A stretch of 64,000 nucleotides of DNA from positions 96,001 through 160,000 of the forward strand of contig JAJYUZ010000001.1 in the NCBI GenBank assembly GCA_021792255.1. Reading direction: 5' to 3'. Positions 9,528 to 18,839 of this stretch are shown piece after piece (position 1 is the first letter of the stretch; every line of letters starts with the position of its first letter). Position numbers and translations under genes: made by a program. Below the pieces are notes generated by a model. That model saw only the letters and a program-made list of their open reading frames with translations. It was not told the origin of the DNA and did no database searches. The stretch comes from Thermoplasmata archaeon (lineage in GTDB: Archaea > Thermoplasmatota > Thermoplasmata > Thermoplasmatales > GCA-001856825).

Positions 9528-10780
9528 ATCCTGTGGAGAACAGACCCGATATCGTAAGAGGAAAAAGGGGAATAGCTTTCCTTTTGCTGTTCAGTTCCTT
9601 CTACCTGGGCCTTAATTATTTGTGGATTTCTTACGAGTCTCTAATACTTCCTGAACAGATTTTAGTCGCATTTCCTTCCTTCGAAAGAGGACTGGCACTG
9701 GGCGCGATCGCTTCTGGAGGAGTGGCCCTAGGAGTAATCGTAAATATTATTTCGGGCGTAGTTAGTGACCAATTGCACTCTAGATGGGGAAGAAGAACGC
9801 CGCTGATCATCGCTGGAACAATCCTACTGGTCGCCGTCTTGGCTCTTGTAGCGGTCATCCCTATAACAATCCCTCTCGTCGTAACTGGTTTCGTTTTCAT
9901 GCAGGTATTCTCCAATCTCGCCCAAGGTGCATTTCAACCTTTGCTACCGGATCTCTTCCCCCATGAGAAGAGAGGTGAAGTCGGCGGATTCTTGGGACTG
10001 TACGCTCTCATCGGAGATGCGCTGGGATTTGGTATTACTGGATTGCTTGTCGGAATAGGGTATTTATCAGTCTCTGTTTTTGTAATTATTGTCCCAGTCT
10101 TGCTAACGACTTCGCTTATGTTGTTTACAGTGAGAAAATACGATGCTCCATATTTAGGAACTTCAATCGGTGTTCGGAAAGCTTTCGTCAAGATTTTCAG
10201 TCCGGAGGAGTCTGTACCGGGTTTCATATGGCTCGTAATGGGTTCCTTTCTTGTCCTCATAGGTTCAAGCGGCCTTGTATACTTCGAACTTTATTTCTTT
10301 AAATATATCCTTAACATTCCAAACCCCGCATTCGGGGTTGCTATCGCGGGAGTTGTAGTGCTCATAACCGGGATGGCCGCGGCACTGGGTCTCGGGTACC
10401 TTTCCGACAAGATAGGGAGAAAGATCATACTAATTTCTGCAGCGTTGGTGGGAGGGGTAGCAATGTTGTCCCTGCCCTTTGCAAGATCATTTTACGTCTT
10501 CCTAATAGTTGCGGCTGTAGTTGGCGCCACTACTGGCCTCTTCTTGAGCGTTGAGATGGCATATGCAAGCGATCTAGTTCCTAAACGATCCTCCGGACAG
10601 TATATGGCTTACTCCAACATTGCATTTGGTGGATCATCTTCGTTTGCACCCCTTGTCGATGGTGCTATCTTCTACGTTTTCAGGAGCAATATTTACCAGA
10701 GCTTCACGGCAATGTTTTTCCTAGCTTCCTTTTTCTATTTCGTCGGAGCGGCAATACTCTTGAAGACTCCTAAAAGATGA
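9524..10780 (+). CDS. MFS transporter
   Basis: About 12 hydrophobic segments, with motif A variants SDQLHSRWGRR and SDKIGRK. ATGA overlap with the upstream gene. Confidence 0.9.
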   Translation: MNPVENRPDIVRGKRGIAFLLLFSSFYLGLNYLWISYESLILPEQILVAFPSFERGLALGAIASGGVALGVIVNIISGVVSDQLHSRWGRRTPLIIAGTILLVAVLALVAVIPITIPLVVTGFVFMQVFSNLAQGAFQPLLPDLFPHEKRGEVGGFLGLYALIGDALGFGITGLLVGIGYLSVSVFVIIVPVLLTTSLMLFTVRKYDAPYLGTSIGVRKAFVKIFSPEESVPGFIWLVMGSFLVLIGSSGLVYFELYFFKYILNIPNPAFGVAIAGVVVLITGMAAALGLGYLSDKIGRKIILISAALVGGVAMLSLPFARSFYVFLIVAAVVGATTGLFLSVEMAYASDLVPKRSSGQYMAYSNIAFGGSSSFAPLVDGAIFYVFRSNIYQSFTAMFFLASFFYFVGAAILLKTPKR

Positions 10781-10864
10781 AAGACCAATAAATCACCGTT
10801 GTTTATTGGCAAACTCAAACTGCGAGTCGCATAGATTTAAATATAGTAGAAAAGATGGAGAGAC

Positions 10865-11983
10865 ATGAATTTTGAGGGAGAGCCTCTAGCTCTAAAGCAT
10901 GAGAAAATCTCAAAGTCCATCGCGGATCTTGGAATAGAGGGAATTTTTATAACCTCCATTGAAAATGTCTATTATTTCACTGGTGCACCTGTAATGCCAG
11001 GAACCGGGAACCCCATCCTTTTTGCACTCAGAAACAGAATCCCTTTTTTTGCCTATTTGAGCAAGAGCGGAGAAGTGACGCTTTTCGTGTGGTTCGGCGT
11101 GACGATGGGAGTGGAGTACCAAGTGGACGACGTTAGGAGTTACATGGATATGGATGGGGGGATTGCCGAATTGTCCAGTTTTATCGAAGAGAAGGAGATA
11201 GGATTGAGCAAAGTTGGAATTGAATCCAACTGTCCCTATTACGTCACAGACCTTCTACGCAAATCAGGAATCTCGTGGATCGTGATTGATTATCCTATCA
11301 AGAATATGCGCTTGGTGAAGAGGAAGGAAGAGATTCTCTTGATCAGAAAAGCAACCGAAATTGCAGAGTCTACCGTCAAAGATTTGGGTGAGGAAATGAA
11401 GATTGGAATGACAAGGCAGGACCTTGCAAGGAAGGCCAGATTGTTTATGATAGAGCACGGTGCGAACTCGATAGATCACATCACACTCGCATTCGGGCCA
11501 TCAAATCCAGAAGTAATGATTGACGAGTCTCTCAAGGCGGGACAGATAATCACCGTTGATCTCGGAGCAATCTACGAAGGATACGTTTCGGATACAAGGA
11601 GACTGTTTTACTCTGGGAAGATTGTTCCTGAGAGGACAGAGAAGTTGTACAGAACGATGGTCGGCATTGTAGATAAGATCGGAGAAGCTTTGATTCCAGG
11701 AAGGAAATTTGGTGAGATCTACGATTTGGCAGTCAGGTTATACGCCGACAACGCTCTAGAACCAATGTTTGTAAGCGCAGGTCACAGTATTGGTATTGTG
11801 ACTGAGGAAGAAATGATCACTCAAGGATGTGGAACTGAAATAGAAAACAATATGATCCTTAACATAGAGTTGTACGCACCAGATGACAACGGAGTAATGA
11901 TAGGAGATGAGGAAACATATTTGATACAGAACGGAAGCAGCACAAGGATTACGGAGTTACAGAGAAAGATTTTTCAAGTATGA
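10865..11983 (+). CDS. M24 family (Xaa-Pro peptidase/creatinase fold) hydrolase
   Basis: Creatinase-type N-domain (NVYYFTG), RLVKRKEEI, and metal ligands VDLG, YVSDTRR, AGHSIG, NIE, DEE. Confidence 0.88.
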   Translation: MNFEGEPLALKHEKISKSIADLGIEGIFITSIENVYYFTGAPVMPGTGNPILFALRNRIPFFAYLSKSGEVTLFVWFGVTMGVEYQVDDVRSYMDMDGGIAELSSFIEEKEIGLSKVGIESNCPYYVTDLLRKSGISWIVIDYPIKNMRLVKRKEEILLIRKATEIAESTVKDLGEEMKIGMTRQDLARKARLFMIEHGANSIDHITLAFGPSNPEVMIDESLKAGQIITVDLGAIYEGYVSDTRRLFYSGKIVPERTEKLYRTMVGIVDKIGEALIPGRKFGEIYDLAVRLYADNALEPMFVSAGHSIGIVTEEEMITQGCGTEIENNMILNIELYAPDDNGVMIGDEETYLIQNGSSTRITELQRKIFQV

Positions 11984-12017
11984 TAACTATAAATATCTGA
12001 TTTTTCATTGAAAAATA

Positions 12018-12806
12018 ATGGAGCCACTCATAATAACTGCCACACCCAACATAAGCTGGCTGAATCCTAAACTGAAGTTCCCCAAAACACCCGAAGAGAT
12101 TGGAGAGGCGGCAGAAAAGTGTGCTAAGGCAGGAGCATCAATAATACACATTCACTCCGATGGGAAATGGAAAGAGAGTACGAGGATGGTAAGAAGGAGG
12201 ACCGATGCAATCATTCAGTGTGGAATGTCAAGTCTTTCAATAAAGAACAGAATGGATGCGATCAACGGCGACTGCGACATGATTTCGATAATTCTTGGAC
12301 ATCACGACGAGGCCTTCGTCAACGTGGAGACTCACAAGCTTCATACGAGAGAGGAATTGAAGGAATATGCGGCACTATTGAGAAAGCACGGACTGAAGCC
12401 TGAATTTGAGGTCTGGCACAGTGGACACATATGGAATTTGAAATATCTCATAGAACGAAACTACTTCCAAAGACCATATTTTTCGACTCTTTTTTTTGGT
12501 TGGCCAGGAGGAAACTGGTCCCCTCCCATACTCGAAGAATACCTTCAGAGAAGAAGGATGATGCCGGATAACAGCATCATAAGTGTGAGTGTGATGGGCC
12601 CTGAGAACATTAAAGTCCTAACGGCCGCCATACTGATGGGAGATCACGTAAGGGTGGGAACCGAAGATCATCCTTTCATCGGTAACAAAAAGGCCAAGAC
12701 AGAAGAACTCGTTTCGTGGATTTCCGATGTTGCCAGATCCTTGGGCAGGAGAGTCGCCTCAACAGATGAGGCAGTAAATTTGATTGGCGTGAGGAGGAGA
12801 GGTTAA
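12018..12806 (+). CDS. Beta-keto acid cleavage enzyme (BKACE/DUF849, 3-keto-5-aminohexanoate cleavage family)
   Basis: LIITATP, AGASIIHIH (Zn-binding HxH), KPEFE, GDHVRVGTED, LGRRVAS. Confidence 0.9.
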   Translation: MEPLIITATPNISWLNPKLKFPKTPEEIGEAAEKCAKAGASIIHIHSDGKWKESTRMVRRRTDAIIQCGMSSLSIKNRMDAINGDCDMISIILGHHDEAFVNVETHKLHTREELKEYAALLRKHGLKPEFEVWHSGHIWNLKYLIERNYFQRPYFSTLFFGWPGGNWSPPILEEYLQRRRMMPDNSIISVSVMGPENIKVLTAAILMGDHVRVGTEDHPFIGNKKAKTEELVSWISDVARSLGRRVASTDEAVNLIGVRRRG

Positions 12807-13570
12807 TGGAGGGAAAAAAGGTAGCCATAATAACGGGAGGCGCGCGTGGTATAGGCGAGGCAGCAGCGAGAATTTTTTTAGATAACGGATACAAGGTTTC
12901 TATCCTTGACATAATTGAGGGAAGAGAGTTTACCAAACATTCTCACGATGAAAATGACTTCATATTTGTCAAGTGTGACATCTCTAAAGAAGCCCAGGTG
13001 AAGAACGCAGTCTCCAAAACCTTCGAAGAATTTGGTAGGATAGATGTACTGCTCAACATTGCAGGCGTAGTAATAGTGAAACCAATAGAAGAGATTACAG
13101 TCGATGAATTTAGGAGAGTGGTGGATGTAAACATTGGAGGAACTTTTCTGATGATTAAGCACGTAGTCCCAATAATGAAGAAGCAGAGGACCGGTGCCAT
13201 CATTAATATGGCCTCAGTATCAGGGCACGTTGGTCAGGTCAGACACTCCCTGTACGGAGCCACGAAAGGGGGGATAATTGCATTCACCAGAGCACTGGCC
13301 TGGGAGCTATCTCCTTTCGGGATTAGGGTGAACTCCGTGAGTCCAGGTTCCGTAGATACACAAATGCTTAGGGATGATGTTTCAGGTGAGGCAAAGCGTC
13401 TGGGACGGAGCTATGAGCAGGTCAAGAAAGAACGAGAGGCTGAACAGGCATTTGGCAGGTGGGCAGAACCCAAGGAAATCGCCGAGGCAATATTCTTTCT
13501 TGCAGACGAACGCGCCTCTTTTGTCACGGGGACTGACCTACTTGTTGACTGCGGGTGGGTAGCAAAGTAA
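12806..13570 (+). CDS. Short-chain dehydrogenase/reductase (SDR), probably NAD-dependent
   Basis: TGGARGIG, acidic LD after beta-2, NIAG, YGATK catalytic motif, VNSVSPG. Confidence 0.93.
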   Translation: MEGKKVAIITGGARGIGEAAARIFLDNGYKVSILDIIEGREFTKHSHDENDFIFVKCDISKEAQVKNAVSKTFEEFGRIDVLLNIAGVVIVKPIEEITVDEFRRVVDVNIGGTFLMIKHVVPIMKKQRTGAIINMASVSGHVGQVRHSLYGATKGGIIAFTRALAWELSPFGIRVNSVSPGSVDTQMLRDDVSGEAKRLGRSYEQVKKEREAEQAFGRWAEPKEIAEAIFFLADERASFVTGTDLLVDCGWVAK

Positions 13571-13571
13571 T

Positions 13572-13898
13572 TCACAGCATCAGTTTCTGTAATCTGAGGA
13601 GATCCTCCATTGATCCCTTAACTTTTATTTTTCTTGTTGAATAGGCTACCACTGGATTGATTTTTCTGTTTATTATCCCTTCCAGCACATCGCTAGTGGT
13701 ACTCACTACTACGTCTGGATTACCTGTTGATCCTTTGAGTATTCCGGCACTTCCTCTCTCTATAGAAAGGAGATATTGTTCCTTGACATCAGTAAATTCG
13801 AACTGCACCTGCTTGACCACATCCTTGAATTTTTCTTGAACGTCCGGATTAGAAAATTTGTTCCTTATGGATTCGAGGATTGATTCAACGTTCGTCAT
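13572..13898 (-). CDS. SCP2 sterol/lipid-binding domain protein
   Basis: QFEFTD...PDVVV...INPVVAYSTRKIKVKGSMEDLLRLQ matches the SCP2 pattern. TATA (AACTATAAATA) about 25 nt upstream. Confidence 0.85.
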   Translation of the reverse strand: MTNVESILESIRNKFSNPDVQEKFKDVVKQVQFEFTDVKEQYLLSIERGSAGILKGSTGNPDVVVSTTSDVLEGIINRKINPVVAYSTRKIKVKGSMEDLLRLQKLML

Positions 13899-14223
13899 CT
13901 TTGAATTGATTAGAAAGGTCGTATTTATAGTTTGGACATTGATTATGGAAGGAAACTACATTAAGATCCGATGGAGCGATACTTACCGTTTTCAACTAAT
14001 TTCCCTGCCGAACTCTTCACGAAGGGGCCGGGGAGTCAGCAATAGGGACATTCAAATTGACGACAAACAATACCAGCCCTGACACCAAAAAGAAAGAGGG
14101 AATTGATGTCTCATCAAAGCCAAAAACCCAATAGATTCTGCCCATCCTTGTAATACAAGAGCTCTTCGAGTTCCATTCTGTTACGTTACTGGTAATCAGA
14201 ACGAGAGCGGCCTTTTTCCTTTC

Positions 14224-14460
14224 CTATTTCTTCTCCGGTTTCTTCTTCTTGCTCTGTCTGACCACAACATCTTCCAAGGTTTCTTCAGCACGCTTCAGAT
14301 CGGATTCTACAGACTTCAACACACCCCGTTCCACCGGCTCTTCCCTCTTTTTCATCTCTTTCTGCAGTGATTTCTCGATTGCTTCTTTCCTCTTTCTCTT
14401 GGCATACTTGATCTCGTCTCTCTTCTCCTCCTTCTTCAACTCTCTCTTCCAGTCACTCAA
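14224..14460 (-). CDS. Small highly charged (K/E/R-rich) hypothetical protein
   Basis: 78-aa ORF with TTG start and purine-rich RBS-like GGGGGAAG. Coiled-coil-like composition. Confidence 0.45.
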   Translation of the reverse strand: MSDWKRELKKEEKRDEIKYAKRKRKEAIEKSLQKEMKKREEPVERGVLKSVESDLKRAEETLEDVVVRQSKKKKPEKK

Positions 14461-15193
14461 AGTGCTTCCCCCTACACGAAATGGAATTCACCAGGTCAAA
14501 TAATCCATTGCCCTTGTAAAAGTCTTTCAAATGTTCACGAACTGAAGGATCAGATAACATCCTTCTTCAAACCAGAGTTGTCTAATAAACGTTTCTGGCG
14601 TTAGCTATGTGCTTGATCTATCGACCATTTGCTTTATACAACAAAGCTACAAACGGCCACCCATTAGCTCAATTATTCTTAACAACCCGATTTGAGTCAC
14701 TATGATAGAAGAGCGCGTTTCCGGTCATACTATCTGACGGAAAAATACAAACTCCCGTGAGGAACCAGCATGATGATTAGTCCTATTACCCAACAGACTA
14801 GACTTGGAGGAGGAACATAAAGACTGTACAACAAAAAGGCAATAGGGGCCATGGTCATCTTTATTGCCGTCGCCTATTTCGTCGGTATCTCTGAAATTCT
14901 CTCGTCCAATAACTACCTAATTCGACTCTCTGCTAGTCCAGACCCGCACTCTGTTGGATCCAGGTCAAGTATCTTACTCACCGCGACTACGCGGCCAGAC
15001 TGCATATTCTAACTAGCCTTCAGAGGCTGGAACTTAGCCCAAATGAAGATAAGTAGCATCCTTGAAAGTCGTACATAGGCATACATTCTTCTGCCATATC
15101 CAGGAGGATCACAAGTAACTGAACTTCTTGGATAGAACCTCCGGGACCCATTCAGTCTCTTAGTACGTGCTATCTTGAGCTCGAGAACCGTTC

Positions 15194-15379
15194 TTAGAAG
15201 AAGCTCTTTTTAATGACTGAATTGACTTTCTCCATTACTTCTGGCGAAATCTCTGTCATGTTGTGGGCGGTTTTTGCGTGATTTGCGATCAACGGCATAA
15301 GTTCTTCCTTAGTAGAGGCTTTTGTCTCGAAGGCACAATTTTGGCCAGTGTCGGCGCATTTGAAGCTATATTTAGCCAT
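15194..15379 (-). CDS. DUF1059 family small metal-binding protein
   Basis: FKCADTGQNCAFE...HAKTAH pattern. Confidence 0.8.
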   Translation of the reverse strand: MAKYSFKCADTGQNCAFETKASTKEELMPLIANHAKTAHNMTEISPEVMEKVNSVIKKSFF

Positions 15380-15485
15380 GTTTATACAAATTAAGGTACA
15401 ATAAAAATTTTACGCACAGTCTGAAAAATTGAAATTTCTGAAGTCTGTTCTAAATCCTTTTTTACGAGGTGAACATACGATTTCA

Positions 15486-15995
15486 ATGGAGAGACCATCT
15501 TGGGATGAATATTTCATGAGAATGGCCTTTATGGCAGCCACCAGATCAAACTGTGTCAGAAGAAAGGTGGGGGCCGTAATAGTTAAAGAAAAGAGAATCA
15601 TGTCGACTGGTTATAACGGACCACCCAAAGGTGCGCTCCACTGTGACGAGGCTGGCTGTCTGAGAGACCAGTTAAAGGTTCCTCCCGGCGAAAGGAGAGA
15701 ACTATGTAGAGGACTGCATGCGGAACAAAATGCAATAATTCAAGCAGCTTACAACGGAACCGCGATAAATGGAAGTATCATTTATGTCACTACACATCCT
15801 TGTTCCGACTGCTCCAAGATGATAATAAATGCTGGAATAAAAGAAATTATTTTCTCGGAAGGTTATCCGGACGAACTTTCAGAATTGATGCTTATAGAGA
15901 GTGAGATAGAAACTAGACAGTACGATGTTTCTCAAGACTTCAAGGATTTACTGTTCGGATCAAACGTTGCGCTGATACATAGAGACAAGGACTGA
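15486..15995 (+). CDS. dCMP deaminase (ComEB-like)
   Basis: [27 protein letters not shown]. Start reassigned to ATG 15486, after the GAGGTGA RBS. Confidence 0.92.
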   Translation: MERPSWDEYFMRMAFMAATRSNCVRRKVGAVIVKEKRIMSTGYNGPPKGALHCDEAGCLRDQLKVPPGERRELCRGLHAEQNAIIQAAYNGTAINGSIIYVTTHPCSDCSKMIINAGIKEIIFSEGYPDELSELMLIESEIETRQYDVSQDFKDLLFGSNVALIHRDKD

Positions 15996-16053
15996 ATGCG
16001 GTCTCCTGAATGTGACATGCTTCGCGGGATAATTTTAGAAGAGCGGAGCCGAC

Positions 16054-16986
16054 TCAGAATGTATCCAGTTTATCTTTGATTTGGATATACTCGTCCTCTA
16101 TTCTCTTGTTCTGCTCCGGGTTCAGTCTCCATCCGTTAGATTGCAGGTTGATCGTGGCCTGATCCCTGTTCTTAGCTCCAGGAATCGGAATGACGTTTCC
16201 TCTTGAAATGAGCCAGTTCAGTGCTAGCTGAACGACCGAATGGCCCGTTTCCAGAGAAATTTCCCTGAGCACTGTGAGGAAAGAGGAAATACTCCTGATA
16301 TTGGATTCAGAAAACAACTTGTTGCTCTTCCGCACATCGCTGGGTTCAAGATTTGCGTGATCATACTTGAAAGTAAGGAGACCCTGAGCGAGTGGCGAAT
16401 ATGCTATCACGCTGATATTTTCTTTGCTGAGGTAAGGAAGCATTTCTTCTTCAATTTCCCTCTGCAGAATGTTGTATCTGACTTGATTCGATACGATGTC
16501 CATGTTTGACAGATACGATCTCGCCTCTTCTATCTGGCAGATGCTAAAATTGGAAAGTCCTATATATCTAATCTTTCCGTCGTTCGCCATCTTTTCAAGC
16601 GTCTTCATGCTTTCCTTCAAAGAGGTGTATATGTCTGGCCAATGTATTTGGTACAGATCTATGTAGTTGGTATTCAGTCTTTTGAGACTTCCCTCCAACG
16701 CTCGCTCAAGGTACTCTGGTTTCAGATGACTTCCAGACGCCTTTGTAGCGATTATAATCTCGTCACGAATGTCCTTTATTACTTCTCCTATGACCGCTTC
16801 CGAGTGTCCGTCTCCATAGACCTCAGCTGTATCTATGAAGTTGAGTCCCATTTCTATAGATGTTAAAATGGCGTTTTTTACGTCAGAATCGACAATTTTT
16901 CCCCATCCTTTCGCCCCCGCTTGCCAGGCGCCAAGGCCAATAACAGAAACTTTTAAATCGGATTTTCCTAGGTTCCTATATTCCAT
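16054..16986 (-). CDS. Aldo/keto reductase
   Basis: IGLGAW, FIDTAEVYG, IDLYQIHWP, IGLSNF, YSPLAQGLL, IPIPG. Confidence 0.93.
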   Translation of the reverse strand: MEYRNLGKSDLKVSVIGLGAWQAGAKGWGKIVDSDVKNAILTSIEMGLNFIDTAEVYGDGHSEAVIGEVIKDIRDEIIIATKASGSHLKPEYLERALEGSLKRLNTNYIDLYQIHWPDIYTSLKESMKTLEKMANDGKIRYIGLSNFSICQIEEARSYLSNMDIVSNQVRYNILQREIEEEMLPYLSKENISVIAYSPLAQGLLTFKYDHANLEPSDVRKSNKLFSESNIRSISSFLTVLREISLETGHSVVQLALNWLISRGNVIPIPGAKNRDQATINLQSNGWRLNPEQNKRIEDEYIQIKDKLDTF

Positions 16987-17040
16987 TAACCGATATAATA
17001 GGATTTATAATTAATTTTCGTCTGTGGTTTTACATTCCGC

Positions 17041-18132
17041 ATGAAAATCATAAAAAACTCCGCCGCCCTCTCACAAGATTACGTTCCAGAGATAGTTTTA
17101 GGAAGAGAGGAACAGATAAATCAGCTAAAGGAATTAATCAGAGTCAGTGACGTCTCTTCTACATTTGTGATCAGGGGAAACCCAGGAACTGGAAAGACTC
17201 TAACCGGCAAGTATCTTTTGAAAGACCTGAAGGAATTCAATGGTGTGTACGTCAACTGTTATGTCAACCAAACGGACAGGTCAATAGTATCTAGCATTCT
17301 TGATAATCCAAACATCAGGCTTCCAGAGATAGGAAACACAAGATCAGAATCTTTGTCCAATCTTTTATTCAAAGAATTGCCTTCCAAGAAAAACTTAATT
17401 GTGCTCGACGAGAGTCAATCACTAAAGCGGAGTCACGGTCAGATTGTTTACTTGCTATCTAGGAGCAAGGAACTGGGCGGACCGGATATAAAATTGGTAC
17501 TCTTGTCGATGGAAGAACCAGAAATGTATCTTGACAGAAGCACATTATCGGGTTTGGGCAGATACAACAGGATCACTTTGAAAGAATACAGTATCAGCGA
17601 GCTCTTTAATATCCTCAAATCTCGAGCAAGTATCAGCCTATATGAAGGAGCATACACGGATTCCGCAATAGGTAAGATATCTGAACTTACTGAAGAGAAC
17701 GGAAGCGCCAGGATCGCAATAGAATTGTTAAGAAATTCCGCCCTATTTGCAGAATCGAGGGGCACATTTCTAGACGATGAGACAGTCCTCAATGCTTACA
17801 GGGAATTTTCTCCACCTCTTGACGAAAGCTCGCTGATCAATCTCGAAGAGGACGAAATTCATCTGTTGAGGTCTTTATTAGAATTAACAGACATTGAGAA
17901 CGGATTCAAAGCATCAGACCTAAAGAATCTACGGCCCGACTTGAGCGACTCAAGAATGTACAAATTTTTAAAAACAATTGAACTGTCTGGACTAGTCAAA
18001 AAAAGCAGGGTGGGAAAGGGGTATTCGGGAGGAGTCGAAAATGAGTACCTGCTAAGAGTCTCGCCACGCGTACTAATCAGTAAATTGAGCCTAATTGAGA
18101 AATCAATTGGAATGTCCCAAAAGGAAGACTAG
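17041..18132 (+). CDS. Orc1/Cdc6-family AAA+ ATPase, divergent paralog
   Basis: LSQDYVPEIVLGREEQI, Walker A GNPGTGKT, YVNC, Walker B VLDE, GSARIAIELLR, and a C-terminal winged-helix-like region. Confidence 0.85.
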   Translation: MKIIKNSAALSQDYVPEIVLGREEQINQLKELIRVSDVSSTFVIRGNPGTGKTLTGKYLLKDLKEFNGVYVNCYVNQTDRSIVSSILDNPNIRLPEIGNTRSESLSNLLFKELPSKKNLIVLDESQSLKRSHGQIVYLLSRSKELGGPDIKLVLLSMEEPEMYLDRSTLSGLGRYNRITLKEYSISELFNILKSRASISLYEGAYTDSAIGKISELTEENGSARIAIELLRNSALFAESRGTFLDDETVLNAYREFSPPLDESSLINLEEDEIHLLRSLLELTDIENGFKASDLKNLRPDLSDSRMYKFLKTIELSGLVKKSRVGKGYSGGVENEYLLRVSPRVLISKLSLIEKSIGMSQKED

Positions 18133-18198
18133 AAATTCGTCCGAGTTATACGTTCAAATACCGAAAGATATATATAGTGTCATATTAATGTCATTATT

Positions 18199-18750
18199 AT
18201 GTCAGACAATTTTAGAGTACTCGGTGTTGGAGGTGCTGGGATTAATGCGGTAAAGGCTCTTGGTTATAGCAATTCAATCTATTTAGATTCTCAAAGTTAT
18301 GATTCTCTAGAGGGTATAAAGGAATTTCTCAAAAGGATCAGCAGAAATGAGAAGGTAGTCGTAATCTCATCGCCAGCTGGAGAATTTTCATCCGCGGTAC
18401 TAGAAACTGTCTGTAACGCTCTCAACTCAAATGGAGATAGCGTTTTCTTGATAGGAATAATGCCATTTCATAGCGAATCCCCTGAAAGGAAGAGGAGAGG
18501 GGACGCCGTCCTTAGAAATTTAAAAAAAGCCGTAGACTCCACCGCAATCATTGAAAACGAGAACTTTGCTTCTTCCATGAGAGAATATTCTTGGACTCAG
18601 GTACTGGCTAGGATCAACGATCACGTCGCTGACCTTGTCAAAGAATTTATCACTCTTGGAGAAAATCAATTTTCCCCTACGGTACATGAAGTTGTGGTAT
18701 CCAAAAGACAATTGGAATACTCTCCAACCGTGCCTACTGTTTCTAACTGA
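18199..18750 (+). CDS. Truncated FtsZ/tubulin-like protein (N-terminal domain only, degenerate GTPase motifs)
   Basis: RVLGVGGAGINAV (T1) and IMPFHSE...LKKAVDSTAIIENE align by eye to the FtsZ at 43324-44415. GGGTGTG and the T7 loop are absent. Has its own TATA at about 18167-18177. Confidence 0.8.
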   Translation: MSDNFRVLGVGGAGINAVKALGYSNSIYLDSQSYDSLEGIKEFLKRISRNEKVVVISSPAGEFSSAVLETVCNALNSNGDSVFLIGIMPFHSESPERKRRGDAVLRNLKKAVDSTAIIENENFASSMREYSWTQVLARINDHVADLVKEFITLGENQFSPTVHEVVVSKRQLEYSPTVPTVSN

Positions 18751-18839
18751 GATCAGTATACCTTCTTTGCAATAGCTAAAAGTATTGAGCTTAATGAGAA
18801 AAAAAGATTTAAGCGAAGGGAACATTCGACTTCCCGTAC

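Noticed and set aside
8330-15200. Integrative element at tRNA-Glu with an attR direct repeat
   Set aside because: I found no integrase or transposase, and no repeat of the tRNA 3' end (CCCGGCCGGAGCA) by eye. Island status remains inference.
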